From Octopus sinensis (taxonomy: Eukaryota), in NCBI RefSeq assembly GCF_006345805.1, contig NW_021829938.1, positions 1 through 44,100 of the forward strand: DNA of 44,100 bases, in the 5' to 3' direction. The position numbers were made by a program, and so were the translations under genes. The notes under the pieces are model-generated. The model was not told the origin of the DNA. It saw only the letters and a list, made by a program, of their open reading frames with translations, and did no database searches. Position 1 is the first letter of the stretch. The number at the start of each line of letters is the position of its first letter. Shown in pieces: positions 23,164 through 36,773 of the stretch.

Positions 23164-23705
23164 ACATATACGTGTGTGTGTGTGTGTGTGTGTGATCATC
23201 ATCATCATTTTACGTGCTATTTTCGATGCTAGCATGGGTTGGACGGTTTGGTATGACCTGACGAGCCAGAGAGCTTTGACATATTCAACGTCTGTTTTTG
23301 CATGGCTTCTGCAGCGGGATGCCCTTCCAAACACCAACGGCTTAAAGTTTATTGGGGACTTTCTACGTGGGTGACTCCACCGTTGCTTTCCATACTATCA
23401 AATTGTCCGAAATTCGCTTCGCTAGCGAGTTCATTGTCCCCCCCAACATCCCAGCCAATGCGGCTTTCCTTGTGCTAGAGACTGCTTAATCTTTTAGCAT
23501 TTAAACTGGCCATATCCGGTTCAAAATATTCAACCTCCTTTATGCCCAAACCAGCCAAATCTGGTCTCGAATACATACCATATCGTGTCATTTTAAAAAT
23601 TATAAAACTCTTTTACTTGTTATGAGCGATAGAATCCACCGCAGACCAGCAGAGGTCGCCAGTGGTGTTAGCCAAAGTAGTCTTGGACCTACTTTTCTTT
23701 AGCAG

Positions 23706-24020
23706 TACTGAAGCATTGATATACAGCGCTCAAAAGCTATGGGGACTAATTACACCAAGTTCCAAATAGATAAGAGTAACGAATCGTCCCTTTATGAGAT
23801 GTGTGGCAGCAGAAATGAATCAATCTTACATATTGTGAGTGAGTGTAGCAAGCTGGCCCAAAAGCACCACAAAAGGAGGCACGATAGAGTGGCTAAGTTC
23901 GTCCACTAGAGGCTATGTGAAAAGTACGACCTGTAAGAGCACGGAAATGGTACGAAGGAGTCACCGAGAACAAGGAATATAAACACTGTGGGGTTTTACA
24001 ATCCAATGTGACTCCTTAAT
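23706..24020 (+). pseudogene. Non-LTR retrotransposon (RLE type, R4/Dong-like) CCHC-knuckle fragment
   Basis: Manual translation TEALIYSAQ..NYTKFQIDK...MCG...ESILHIVSECSKLAQKHHKRRHDRVAKFVH*RLCEKYDL with stop and frameshift. Confidence 0.85.
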
Positions 24021-24169
24021 CTATGTTCTGTTGGGGACGGCAAGATTTTGTGACTGGTACTTGGATGTTGAATGTCTTCCACGATAATTAAAGCTTATAA
24101 GGTATAGAAAGAGACCGTATGAGACCTCAGACAACAGGCTGCTGTCCGCTCTTACATGTACATGTAATC

Positions 24170-24440
24170 GTGGAGGCACATGGCCTAGTGGTTAGAGCAG
24201 CGAACTCGCAGTCGAGGGATCGCGGGTTCGAATCTCAGACCGGGCGGTGTGTGTGTTTATGAGCGAAACACCTAGGCAGAGGGTAGTGGCGAGCTTTTGC
24301 TGACTCTTTCGCCACAACTTTCTCTCACTCTTTCCTCCTGTATCTTGCAGCTCACCTGCGACGGACCGGCGTCCCGTCCACGTGGGAATACGCAAGGAAA
24401 CCGGGAAACCGGCTCTTATGAGTCAGGGATGGCTCAAGAA
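24170..24440 (+). mobile_element. tRNA-derived SINE (family 1)
   Basis: GTGGAGGCACATGGCCTAGTGGTTAG...GGTTCGAATCTCAGACCGGG. Confidence 0.85.
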
Positions 24441-24534
24441 GGAACAAATCTACCAGAACAAACAAGTGATCTGAGAAGTAAAACAAGAACAACAATAATA
24501 ATAACAACAATGATAATAATAAAAATATGTAACC

Positions 24535-25529
<995 letters not shown>

Positions 25530-25543
25530 GTAATAATAATAAT

Positions 25544-25578
<35 letters not shown>

Positions 25579-25580
25579 TT

Positions 25581-26040
25581 GTCCCAATCGATATAAACGT
25601 ATCTGTCAAGATCTACCAGAAACTGCGCAAATATAAAGATCTGGAAATAGAAATCAGCAAAATGTGGAACCTGAAGACTAAAACAATACCTGTTGTCATA
25701 GGTGCCCTGGGAATGATAGCAAAAAGGGCTGATTGCTACCTAACTCAGATACCAGGAAACCCAAAAATGGCAGAAATTCAAAAGATAGTGCTCAGGGGAA
25801 CTGCTCATATCCTACGCAAAATACTTTCTATGTAATCTCAAGTTTTAAAACAAACATAATTTTCGTATGGTTTTTTAGGCATTCACTAGTACAACACTAA
25901 GTACAAAACCAAATATATGGCACCCTAGGCATAACACCAACACGAACTTCCAACTTGTTGTCTCTTGAGGTCTCTGGGTGAGACTTGGAGCCAGCTTGTG
26001 CAAATGTAAAGCAAAAGTCAAACACAGAATAATAATAATA
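25581..26040 (+). pseudogene. Second, 5'-truncated R4/Dong-like LINE end inside (TAA)n
   Basis: Open frame 25581-25835 VPIDINVSVKIYQKLRKYKDLEIEISKMWNLKTKTIPVVIGALGMI...GTAHILRKILSM*, then 3' UTR and TAA tail. Confidence 0.9.
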
Positions 26041-26049
26041 ATTCTTTCT

Positions 26050-26475
26050 AGTATTGGCACAAGGCATGAAATTTGTGGGGAGGGTGATAGTCAATTACAT
26101 CGAACCCAGTGCGTAACAGGTACTTAATTTATCGACCCCGAAAGAATGAAAGGCAAAGTCGATCCCGGCGCCATTTGAACTCAGAACACGAAGACAGAGA
26201 AATGCCACTAAGCATTTTGCCCCGCGTGCTAACGGTTCTGCCAGCTCGCAATTTAATAACAATAAAAACAAGAAGAACGGTAATAACGATGATGATAATA
26301 ATTCTTTCTACGAAAAACACAAGGCCTGAAATTTGTGGGGAAGGGTCTAGCCTGGTACTTAATTTATTGGCCCCGAAAGGATGGAAAGCAAATTATATTT
26401 CAGCGAAATTTGAACTCAGAACACGACGACGAAATGCCGCTAAGCAATTTGTCCGGGGTGCTAACAATTCTGAGG
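26050..26475 (+). mobile_element. Two tandem fragments of a further SINE-like family
   Basis: CACAAGGC.TGAAATTTGTGGGGA...GGTACTTAATTTAT.G.CCC.GAAAG.ATG.AA.GCAAA...TTTGAACTCAGAAC occurs twice; reverse copy near 18860-18940. Confidence 0.7.
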
Positions 26476-26559
26476 AAAAGGAGGAGGAGAATGAAGATGG
26501 CCAAAATGGTCAGTTTTATTTGTAACATAGCAAGGACAGTTTACAATTTGTGTAGAGTT

Positions 26560-27165
26560 TTATATACATATACACACATACGTGCATACATACATACATG
26601 CATGCAAACATGCATACACACATACACACACATACATACATTCGTACATACATACACACACACACATATATATATACACACATACATACATATATACATA
26701 CATAATACGCATATATACGCACATACATACATATATACGTATGTACAGACACATACACACACATATATACATTCGTACATATATACACACACATATATAT
26801 ACACACACATACACAAATACATACATAGATATATACATACATATATACATACATACATACATACGCACATACACACACACATACATACATACGTATGTAC
26901 AGACACATACACACACGCACACATACATACCTACATACATACCCACATACATAAATACATGCATGCATGCAAACATACATACATAAACACATACATACAT
27001 TCGTACATACATACATACACACACATACATATATACATACACACGCACATACATGCATACACACACATATATACATACATATATACATACATATGCACAT
27101 GCATATACATATACATATATGTGTGCATACATATACACATATGTGTGTATATGCATATATGTATA
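26560..27165. repeat. (TACA)n/(CA)n/(TA)n compound microsatellite
   Basis: Direct inspection. Confidence 0.95.
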
Positions 27166-27167
27166 TA

Positions 27168-27436
27168 GATCTACACGGTTTCTGCGGCGTAAGTGTTCCA
27201 CTCAGCTGGACGGGATGCCAGACCATCGCAGCGTTACTCAAGAAACAAAAAGAGAGAGTGAGAGAAAGTTGAGGCGAAAGAGTACAACAGGGGTCGCCAC
27301 CACCCCCTGCCGGAGCCTCGTGGAGCTTTTAGGTGTTTTCGCTCAATAAACACACACAAAGCCCGGTCTGGGAATCGAAACCGCGATCCTCCGACCGCGA
27401 GTTCGCTTCCCTAACCACTGGGCCATTGCGCCTCCA
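27168..27436 (-). mobile_element. tRNA-derived SINE (family 1)
   Basis: Homology to other copies. Confidence 0.85.
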
Positions 27437-27437
27437 T

Positions 27438-27475
<38 letters not shown>

Positions 27476-27859
27476 TACATATATATGTATAAACATCTTT
27501 TAAAATTGCATTTTCAAACCTTTCATATATAATTCCACTCGTGCGGTACCTTACAACTCCACTTTGTTAAATATATATGTATATACATGTGTGTGTGTAT
27601 GTATGTATGTATGTATGTATGTATGTATGTATGTATTATGTATGTGTGTATGTATGTGTGTATGTATGTATGTATGTATGTATGTATATATGTATGTATG
27701 TATGCATGTATGTATGTATGATTGTAAGTATGTATGCATGTATGCATGCATGCATGCATGTATAAGGGATATCCTGGTTACAGTGGAAAAAAAGCAAGCC
27801 ATCGAATTTTGTCAAAAAGAGACGGTGAGCTAGACCTAGAAAAATATTGAGTGAAGTCT

Positions 27860-28050
27860 AGTAACCAGTTGCTCTAGCAAGCTGGACCGCATCTCAGCGA
27901 GCGGGATGCTAGCGGTGCCCATTAATGCCGTCGAGAGGAAGGTCCCGAAACGGCGTGCAATCTCTCTTGATGATCCCCAGCTCCCTCATAAATCTGGTAG
28001 CGTCCGGCATGGGGAGCTTTCGGTTTTGCTGCCCTTACAACTTGTAAGTT
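27860..28050 (+). ncRNA. GC-rich multi-hairpin island containing a permuted hammerhead-like motif (family D, 27927-27973)
   Basis: GCCGT-C-GAGAG-GAAGGTCCC-GAAA-CGGC-GTGCAAT-CTCTC-TTGATGA; flanking hairpins at 27865-27885, 27889-27909 and 27979-28018. Confidence 0.5.
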
Positions 28051-28153
28051 GTTTGCAAACAAAGTGATACATAACAGTATAAGGAATAGTGGCGGGACAA
28101 TCCCATCAGAGCAACCGGTTACATATTTTTTTTTAATTCTTTTGTTCTCGTCC

Positions 28154-28357
28154 TTGTTTCAGTCATTTGACTGCGGCCATGCTGGAGCACTGCCTTTAAA
28201 GAGATTTTTTAGGCCTAGTACTTATTCTATCGGTCACTATTGCTGAATCGCTACGTTACGGGGACATAAACATACCAACACCGTTTGTCAAGCGGTGATG
28301 TGAGGACACAGACACAAAGACTTACACATACACACACACACATATACATACATATTG

Positions 28358-28402
<45 letters not shown>

Positions 28403-28587
28403 GTTTGTGTGTCTGTGCTTGTCCCCCCCTCAAACATCGCTTATGTCCCCGTAACTTAGTGCTTCGGCAAAAGGGACCGATAGAATAAGTACTAGGTTTA
28501 CAAAGTATAAGTCCTGGGGCCGATTTCCTCGACTAAAAGGTGGTGCTCCAGCATGGCCGCAGTCAAATGACTGAAACAAGTAAAAGA
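28154..28587. mobile_element. Inverted pair of SINE family 2 3' halves
   Basis: TTGTTTCAGTCATTTGACTGCGGCCATGCTGGAGCAC (28155) and its reverse complement near 28543-28580, separated by a (TG)/(CA) microsatellite. Confidence 0.8.
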
Positions 28588-28948
28588 GTATATATATACA
28601 CACACACATATATATCGAGAGAGAAAAGGAGAGAGTTAGAGGACAGGTTTCTTTCTGTTTCCATCTACCAACTCCATAAATAAAGTTTTCGTCGGGACGG
28701 GCTCTAGTAGAAGGCACTTAGCCTAAGAGCCACGCAGTGGGATTGAACGCAGAGCTATGTGGTTGTGAAGCAAGCTTCTTAACCACACAGCCACGCCTGC
28801 TCTTCATAATGATCTAGTTAGCATTTTTTTAATACAAAACAAAATTTGTAAGTTCTGGTCACTCAGTGACTTTGGTTAATGGTAAGGCAATCCCGAGGAG
28901 CTGAAATTTCGTGCAGAGAAAGTAACCTGTTAACGCGGTCTTTACAAA

Positions 28949-29332
28949 TCTCTCTCTATATAAAGCTGAAGTTGTCTGTGTATGGCAGGTTTAGTAGCCT
29001 TCAACTAACACTATCTCCTCCGAGATCCTGCGGCGCAAGTTGACCAAAATTGAGAGAAGAAGGCTTGCTCTTCCTTCCGTAGAAGAAAAATTTCAAATCG
29101 GACCATGTTAACACCAAAAATTATTTACACCAAAAAGGTGCTTTTTTTCTTTGAAAATCCTTAATTTTTATGATTTTTTAACTGCTGTGTCACCATTTTT
29201 CGGTGTATTTCAACCAGAAACATGTTCACTTAAAGAGAATAACAAGCTACATAATGCAACATTATTACTTTTCAAAAATTCCAAGTCAAAAAAGTCAAAA
29301 CAAACCCGAGCAACGCCGGGCGATACTGCTAG
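28949..29332 (+). mobile_element. Non-autonomous Helitron
   Basis: 5' TC, subterminal hairpin CCCGAGCAACGCCGGG, 3' CTAG, inserted between A and T. Confidence 0.8.
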
Positions 29333-29545
29333 TACTAAATAAGCAGAACAATAATTCATGCGAGTATTTTTGAAAGTACCGCATGTAGTTGTTGTTATCT
29401 AAATTCCAGCTGTGATGTATTTTCTCTGCTTTTCTTTTGTCTTCGAACCCAGTTCCTTCTTTAAGGCAAGATTTAAAGAGATATCGTAAGCATGTTGTGT
29501 ATGAATATTTTGTATACATGTATGTATGTATGTTTGTGTGTCTGT

Positions 29546-29790
29546 ACACGCATTGAGTCGAACCAAGGGCAGCTGATGAAGGGGAATTTTCCTTGTATTG
29601 TTCGTCTTGTACTCTGTTTTTTCGTTGTTAAAAAAAGTCTGTTTCCTTGTTTGATTTTATGTTTTCGTTTCTCGTTGTGTTCTACGTTTATTTGTGGTGT
29701 CCCCTACTCATATATGCATGTATATATACATATAGATGTAGGTATGTACATATATGTATGTATGCATGTTTTATTTATTAAATTGTTATA
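29546..29790 (+). mobile_element. Family B repeat, 5'-truncated at the stem III strand
   Basis: ACACG...GAGTCGAAC...GGCAG-CTGATGA-AGGGGAATTTTCCTT; body homologous to 21211-21520. Confidence 0.65.
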
Positions 29791-30138
29791 TATATATATA
29801 TATATATGTTTATATACATGCATACATATATATGTGTATATATATATATTTATTAATTTATGTATTTATATACATATATCTATATGCACACATACATACA
29901 TGTATGTATGTGTGTGTATGTATAATTAAACTCCATTTCGGTACTGAATTTCAAAATAGAGCTTGTTTGTAAGATCTAACGATTATATATGTACGTGTGC
30001 ACGTACACCTGTGTGTGTCTATACATCTATCTACGCAGGCATGTGTATGTATATACACACACACACGCAGGCTAATACATGTGTGTGCAACAAGTATGTA
30101 TATCTTCATGCATGTGTGCATATACAATTATATATATC

Positions 30139-30172
<34 letters not shown>

Positions 30173-30389
30173 ATATATTCACAAATACATACATACATAT
30201 ACATATTTATATACTTGCAAGCACACCTGTATACATACATGTCGGTGTGCGTATGCGAGCGTGTACGCAATAATGGATAAATAAAAATGCTACAAAATAC
30301 AATAAAATAATAATATAAAATGAAATAAAACAAACCATCCTGTCCAGACTCCCAAAATTCCAAGCTCTAAACAATATATGTTTACTTAC

Positions 30390-30598
30390 CTCATGAAAGT
30401 AACAGTGCCAACTTTCGCGATGTCGTTCTGAAGAATTAACCAAGATTTTCGCAGAAGTTTTTTCTGATCCTCGGTCAAATTCTCAGGTTCTTCTTCGTCC
30501 TCAATATTTTCCAAAGGATCTACATCCTCGCATGCTGTTTGTGGCGAATTGCTATTCTGGGGCCCAGTCATTTTGCTTTTCGAAGAAAAACACCCCAT
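30390..30598 (-). CDS. First coding exon of an N-terminally acylated globin (globin X-like / membrane-bound globin)
   Basis: MGCFSSK myristoylation (G2, S6, K7) and palmitoylation (C3) motif; acidic linker; A/B-helix [30 protein letters not shown]; AAAATG start context; phase-2 donor AG|GTAAGT at 30389, matching the conserved globin B12.2 intron. Confidence 0.85.
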
Positions 30599-30663
30599 TT
30601 TGAAACATATATATATATAAATATATGTGTGTGTGTGTGTATATAAATATATATGTGCGTGTG

Positions 30664-30699
<36 letters not shown>

Positions 30700-30705
30700 A
30701 GTATA

Positions 30706-30749
<44 letters not shown>

Positions 30750-30981
30750 GATGTATGTATGTATGTATGTAATGTATGTATGTATTGTAGTGAATGAATG
30801 AATGTATGTATGTATATATGTATGTTTTTATGTATATATGTATTTATGTATATGCGTACATATATCTATATGTACTTTAGTATAAGTATGCATGCATGCA
30901 TGTATATATATGTGTGTATATACGCTTTCTTTTCTTGTTTTTTTCTTTTTTTTTTTCCGATCCCGTTATCACTTTGAATGG

Positions 30982-31023
<42 letters not shown>

Positions 31024-31599
31024 CTTTATATGTATCCCTGCCTATTTATAAAGTCTTTAACAAAAACTGGCGGTTTTATAAATAAAGAATTTCCAAAAAA
31101 TATAAAAATGATATTTATTCAAATGTTTTGCCTAAATTTCTTCCCTGGCATCATAACAAAAATTGCGCTTGATACTCCGTCTATAGTCATCTTGTTTGGC
31201 TTATAATTGCAGTTGTTGTTATTATTGCTGTTGTTGCTGCTGCTGTTGCCGCTGGTGGTAGTACTTTTGCCGAGTAAAAATGATTCTATGATGCCTTGTT
31301 TTTTTGTATAAGGTTTGGCTGTTTTAAAAGAAATGTTTGCATCAAATCTTGTTGGCTCTCTCTGGTTCTCCAACAACCAACTCACTGCTCTCACCTTCTC
31401 TCTCTCACTCACTCGCTCACTCACTCGCTCACTCGCTCACTCACTCACTCGTTCACTCACTCACTATTTCTTCTCTCTCGCTATCATCTCTCACACTCGT
31501 TACTTATATCATGCATGTATGCATGTGTGCGTCCGTGTATGTTCTGTATGTTCATAAAAATCTTCCTTTTCTCACATTCTTCACACACTCACACACATA

Positions 31600-32015
31600 C
31601 ATATACAAACATACAGCCACTCATACACACACTCACACACATTCATATGCAAACACACAGCCACTCATACACACACATACAAACATACAGCCACTCACAC
31701 ACACGTACATATACAAACATACAGCTACTCATACACACACGGACACACATACATATACAAACATACAGCCACTCATACACACACGCACACACTCACACAC
31801 ATACATATACAAACATACAGCCACTCATACACACACGCACACACAAATACACATAGACTTTATCCCTTCTCTCTCACTCTCTGTCTCTCTCGCTCACACC
31901 CTTCCTCTCTCTTTGTTTCTCTGTCTCTCTCGCTCACAGCCTCTCTCTCTCTTTGTCTCTCTGTCTCTCTCGCTCACACCCTCCCTCTCTCTTTGTCTCT
32001 CTGTCTCTCTATTTG
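31600..32015. repeat. Minisatellites: ~40-bp ACATATACAAACATACAGCCACTCATACAC units, then CTCTCTCTTTGTCTCTCTGTCTCTCTCGCTCACAC units
   Basis: Direct inspection. Confidence 0.85.
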
Positions 32016-32648
32016 TCTTTCTTCCTCGCTTCCCTCACTCGTTTTTCAAACGGCTGCTACGTCGGCAATGGATATAAGTTCTACCAAACAGACAACACAA
32101 CTAAAGAGAAGCAGACAAACAACAAGAATTCATCAAATCCAAAGAAAATAGCATCAACTAAACAAAATAATACATCGACCGTCTGCAAACGACCAGTTGC
32201 TCAAACATGAAAGCACAGAGGAAGGAGGAGGAGGAGGAGGAGGAGGAAGACAATAACAGAAGGAGGAGGAGGAAGACAATAACTGAAAGAGGAGGAGGAA
32301 AGAAACGAATGAAGCGAGCAGGAAGGTGGAGGCTAAAGATGGAGTAGGATTCAGAGTAGCAGAGATGGTGGCTTTATAATGAGGGATGGGAACGGGGGTT
32401 GTAGCAGGAGTTGGCAGTGATTTGTATTTACATTGAATTAAAACCAAAACATGATTGTTTATATTGTTCGCGAGGTTATAGGCAGCACGGACAAGAGCCA
32501 GGCTGGAGCACGATTATAATTAATCGGTTATTCATGTATGTGCGTGCGTGCATGTGTGTGTGTGTGTGTGTGTATGTGTGTGCGTGCATGTGTGTGTGTT
32601 TGTGTGTGTGTGTGTGTGAGAGAGAGAGGGCGTGTATACTTACATAGA

Positions 32649-32980
32649 TGGAGGCGCAGAAGTGGCTGTGTGGTAAGTAGCTGGCTTACCAACCACATGG
32701 TTCCGGGTTCAGTCCCACTGCGTGGCACCTTGGTCAGGTATCTTCTACTATAGCCTCGAGCCGAACAAAGCCTTGTGAGTGGATTTGGTAGACGGAAACT
32801 GAAAGAAGCCCGTCGTATATATGTGTATATATATATATATACACATATGTTTATGTTTCCGACGAAGAGCCCGCTCGAAACGTCATACCTCCCGCTTCCA
32901 TCTCCTGAGCGCCTTTATATAATAATACTGTAATTGTTCCTGTTGTTGTTTTTTTTTGTTTCCCTTTTGGATTAAAATTA

Positions 32981-33032
<52 letters not shown>

Positions 33033-33284
33033 ATATATATATATATATATTATATATGTGTGTGTGTGTGGTGTGTGTTGTGTGTGTGTATGTTTGTGTG
33101 TCTGTGTTGACACACTGATGTTGGTGTGTTTACGTCGTCCCCGTAACTTAGCGGTTCGGCAAAAGAGTCCGATAGAATAAGTACTAGGCTTACAAAGAAT
33201 AGTTCTGGGGTCGATTTGCTCGACTAAAGGCGTTGCTCCAGCATGGCCGCACTCAGATAACTGAAGCAAGTAAAAGAGTAAAGG
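32649..33284 (+). mobile_element. SINE family 2 with a nested family C minimal-HHR element (~32845-32960) in its internal (TA)n
   Basis: SINE head 32649-32815 and tail 33090-33284; nested CCGACGA-A-GAGC-CC-GCTC-GAAA-CGT-C at 32859-32884. Confidence 0.8.
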
Positions 33285-33299
33285 TATACACACACACAC

Positions 33300-33360
<61 letters not shown>

Positions 33361-33368
<8 letters not shown>

Positions 33369-33659
33369 GTTGTATGCTGTCAATCTAACACGAACGTGAC
33401 AGTAGGGGGTACACCGCTGTTTAGCCCTAGGAAGCATCGACGCCTCCTGATGGCTTTGACACATTTTCCTGTGACCTTATATACATTTACGAAGGGGAGA
33501 CAAACACCCCCTTGTCTCCCCTTCGTAAATGTATATAAGGACACAGGAAAAATGTGTCAAAGCCATCAGGAGGCGTCGATGCTTCTTAGGGCTAAACAGC
33601 GGTGGTGTAACCCCCTACTGTCACGTTCACGTTAGATTGACAGTATACAACCATTCTAT
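33361..33659. mobile_element. Near-perfect 299-bp palindrome (fold-back MITE)
   Basis: ~145-bp arms reverse complementary with few mismatches, loop about ACACCCC. Confidence 0.9.
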
Positions 33660-33719
33660 CGCCCCACCACCGTACATATCTCTATGAGAGATTTAGAAGT
33701 TTAATATTTCTGATATATA

Positions 33720-35432
33720 TCTATATATATAAAACTCTAGTTGTGTGAGTGTCTGTCCCCTTCGATTTAGATTCCTAACTCCTCCCACATTTTGCGGTGC
33801 AGTTTAACCAAATTCGGGTATCTTATAGTCGTGATTCATATCGAGCCCGTCTGACTATTAGCGCGCGTCAACGATGAGTCTACGATTTTAAAAATAATTT
33901 AACATCATTTTTTATTCCATTTTTAATGCATAAAATGCATCGTATGTCGATGGCGGCGGAGTTGGCGTCCACGCTCACAGCTGCACCTGTTTTGCTTCTC
34001 CCCCTTCCCTCCCTCGTGAAGCTGTGGGGAAGGGAGTGTAAAGAAATCACGTCGTAATGCGTTGTGAAGGAAACCAGCGTTCTTTTAGAACAACGACTTC
34101 ATGGCTTGAAGACACCAAAACAAAAATGGCTAAGAAAGCCCGAATTTATAAGGGAAGTAACTCTCTAAAAATGCTTATATAGTTATTTCCCTTACAAACC
34201 CGAGCAACGCCGGCGATACTGCTAGTCTATATATATAAAACTGTAGTTTGTGAGTGTCTGTCTCCTACGATTTAGATTCCTAACTCCTCCCACATTTTGC
34301 GGTGCAGTTTAACCAAATTCGGGTATCTTATAGTCGTGATTAATATCGAGCCCGTCTGGCTATTAGCGCGCGTCTACGATGAGTCTACGATTTTAAAAAA
34401 TAATTTACCATAATTTTTTTCCATTTTAACGCATATTTTTCGTGTGTCGATGGCGGCGGAGTTGGCGTCCACGCTCAAACACCTGCACCTGTGTTTGCTT
34501 CTCCCCCTTCTTCCCTCCCTCGTGAAGCTGTGATGAAGGGAGTGTAAGGAAATCAACGTCGTAAAGCGTTGTCAAGGAGACCAGCGTTCTTTTAGAACAA
34601 CGACTTCATGGCTTAAAGTCGCCAAAACAGAAATCGCTAAAAAAGCTGAAACAGATCCACAAAAACGGCAAAAACCGCCACACAGGGCAGGTTTCCTGTG
34701 CAAACAATTTGCACAACCGAATGTTTTAGTTGTTGCACAAATCTTTATATATAAAAGTGAAGTTGTGTGTCTGTCTCCTACGATTTCGATTCCTAACTAC
34801 TCCCACATTTTGCGGTGCAGTTTAACCAAAAGCGGGTATCTTATAGTTGTGATTCATATGGAGCCCTTCTGGGTATTAGCGCGCGTCTACGATGAGTCTA
34901 CGATTTTAAAAATAATTTACCATCATTTTTTTCCATTTTAATGCATTTTTTTGCTATTATATAAGGGAAGTAACTCTCTAAAAATGTCTACGATGAGTCA
35001 ACGATTTAAAAAATTTACTATAATTTTTTTTCCATTTTTAATGCATTTTTTTGCTATTTTGGGGCTATAACTCTCTAAAAATGCTTTATAGTTATTTCCC
35101 TTACAAATCCGAGCAACGCCGGGCGATACTGCTAGTTATATATAAAAGTGAAGTTGTGTGAGTGTCTGTCTCCTACGATCTAGATTCCTAACTACTCCCA
35201 CATTTTGCGGTGCAGTTTAACCAAAAGCGGGTATCTTATAGTCGTGATTCATATCGAGCCATTCTGGGTATTAGCGCGCGTCTACGATGAGTCTACGATT
35301 TTTAAAAAAATTACCATAATTTTTTCCCATTTTTAATGCATTTTTTGCTATTATATAAGGGAAGTAACTCTCTAAAAGCTTATTATAGTTATTTCGCTTA
35401 CAAACCCGAGCCATGCCGGGCGATACTGCTAG
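33720..35432 (+). mobile_element. Head-to-tail array of four non-autonomous Helitron units
   Basis: Units start near 33720, 34226, 34742 and 35136; hairpin CCGAGC(A/C)A(C/T)GCCGG + ATACTG-CTAG at 34225, 35135 and 35432; CTAG|TC junction at 34225/34226. Confidence 0.85.
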
Positions 35433-35523
<91 letters not shown>

Positions 35524-35524
35524 C

Positions 35525-35742
35525 GCTTTAACTCTTTTACGTGTTTCAGTCATTTGACTGCAGCCATGCTGGAGCACCACCTTAAAACAATCGACCCCAG
35601 GATGTATTTTTTGTAAGCCGAGTACTTATTCTATCGCTTTCCTTTTGTCGAACCGCTAGTTTACGGGAACATAAAAACACCAGCATCGGTTGTCAAGCAA
35701 TGGTGGTTGGTGGGACAAACACAGACACAAAGACACACACAT
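35525..35742 (-). mobile_element. SINE family 2, 3' half
   Basis: Homology to 36319-36500. Confidence 0.8.
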
Positions 35743-36318
35743 AAATATATGAGGAGTAGATAGAAAGCCGACAACTGATGAAGAGTCGTTCTTTACGTTA
35801 CTTGTCCTGTTTTCATTTCCTCCTCTCTTGTTGTTTCCGTATTGAACTCAGTTGTTTTCATATTTCATGTTGTTTACTGTTGGTGACGTCCTGTACCCAT
35901 ATATGCATATGTATATATATATACTTATATCCTTAAAAATGTTTTAGCCCGAAGGCCAATTGTATTATCTTATATGTATTGAATTTTAATGTATATATGT
36001 ATGTTATAGTTCTCGTTTTGTTGAATAAATAAGTCAACATTCTAATATCCTAAAGCTGATAAACCAACTAAATTGTTTATCCATTTTCTTATTTGCATTA
36101 TATATATATAGTAGGGAAGACATTTGGCCCGAGGTGCCACACAGAGGACTAACCCAGATAGACAGATAGATAGACAGATAGATAGATGGATGGATAGATA
36201 GACATATACAAATATAGGCCGTCAGGGACAGACAGAAAGGCAATACAGCAAGGTAGATGGATAAAGAAAGGGAATTAGTGCTGGAGGTGTGTGTGTATTA
36301 TATTCTTTTGTTCTTTTA

Positions 36319-36712
36319 TTCTTTTACTTGTTTCAGTCATTTGACTGCGGCCATGCTGGAGCACCGCCTTTAGTCAAACAAATCGTCCTCAGGACTTATT
36401 CTTTGTGAGCCTAGTACTTATTCTATCGGGCTCTTTTGCCGAACCGCTAAGTTACGGGGACGTAAACACACCAGCATCGGTTGTTAAGCAAACATATACA
36501 AACACACACACACACACACACACATACACATACATATACATATATACGACGGGCTTCTTTTCAGTTTCCGGTCTACCAAATCCTCTCACAATGCTTTGGT
36601 CGGCCAGAGACTGTAGTAGAAGAGACTTGCCCAGCGTGCCACGCAGTGGGACTGAACCCGGAACCATGTCGTTGGGAAACAAGCTTCTTACCACACAGCC
36701 ACTCCTGCGCCT
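36319..36712 (-). mobile_element. SINE family 2, full length
   Basis: Head at 36600-36712 and tail at 36319-36490 on minus strand. Confidence 0.88.
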
Positions 36713-36731
36713 ATGCACATATGAATGCATG

Positions 36732-36773
<42 letters not shown>

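Noticed and set aside
31119-31424. 101-aa ORF upstream of the globin start
   Set aside because: Low-complexity content, no domain; more likely 5' UTR or intron
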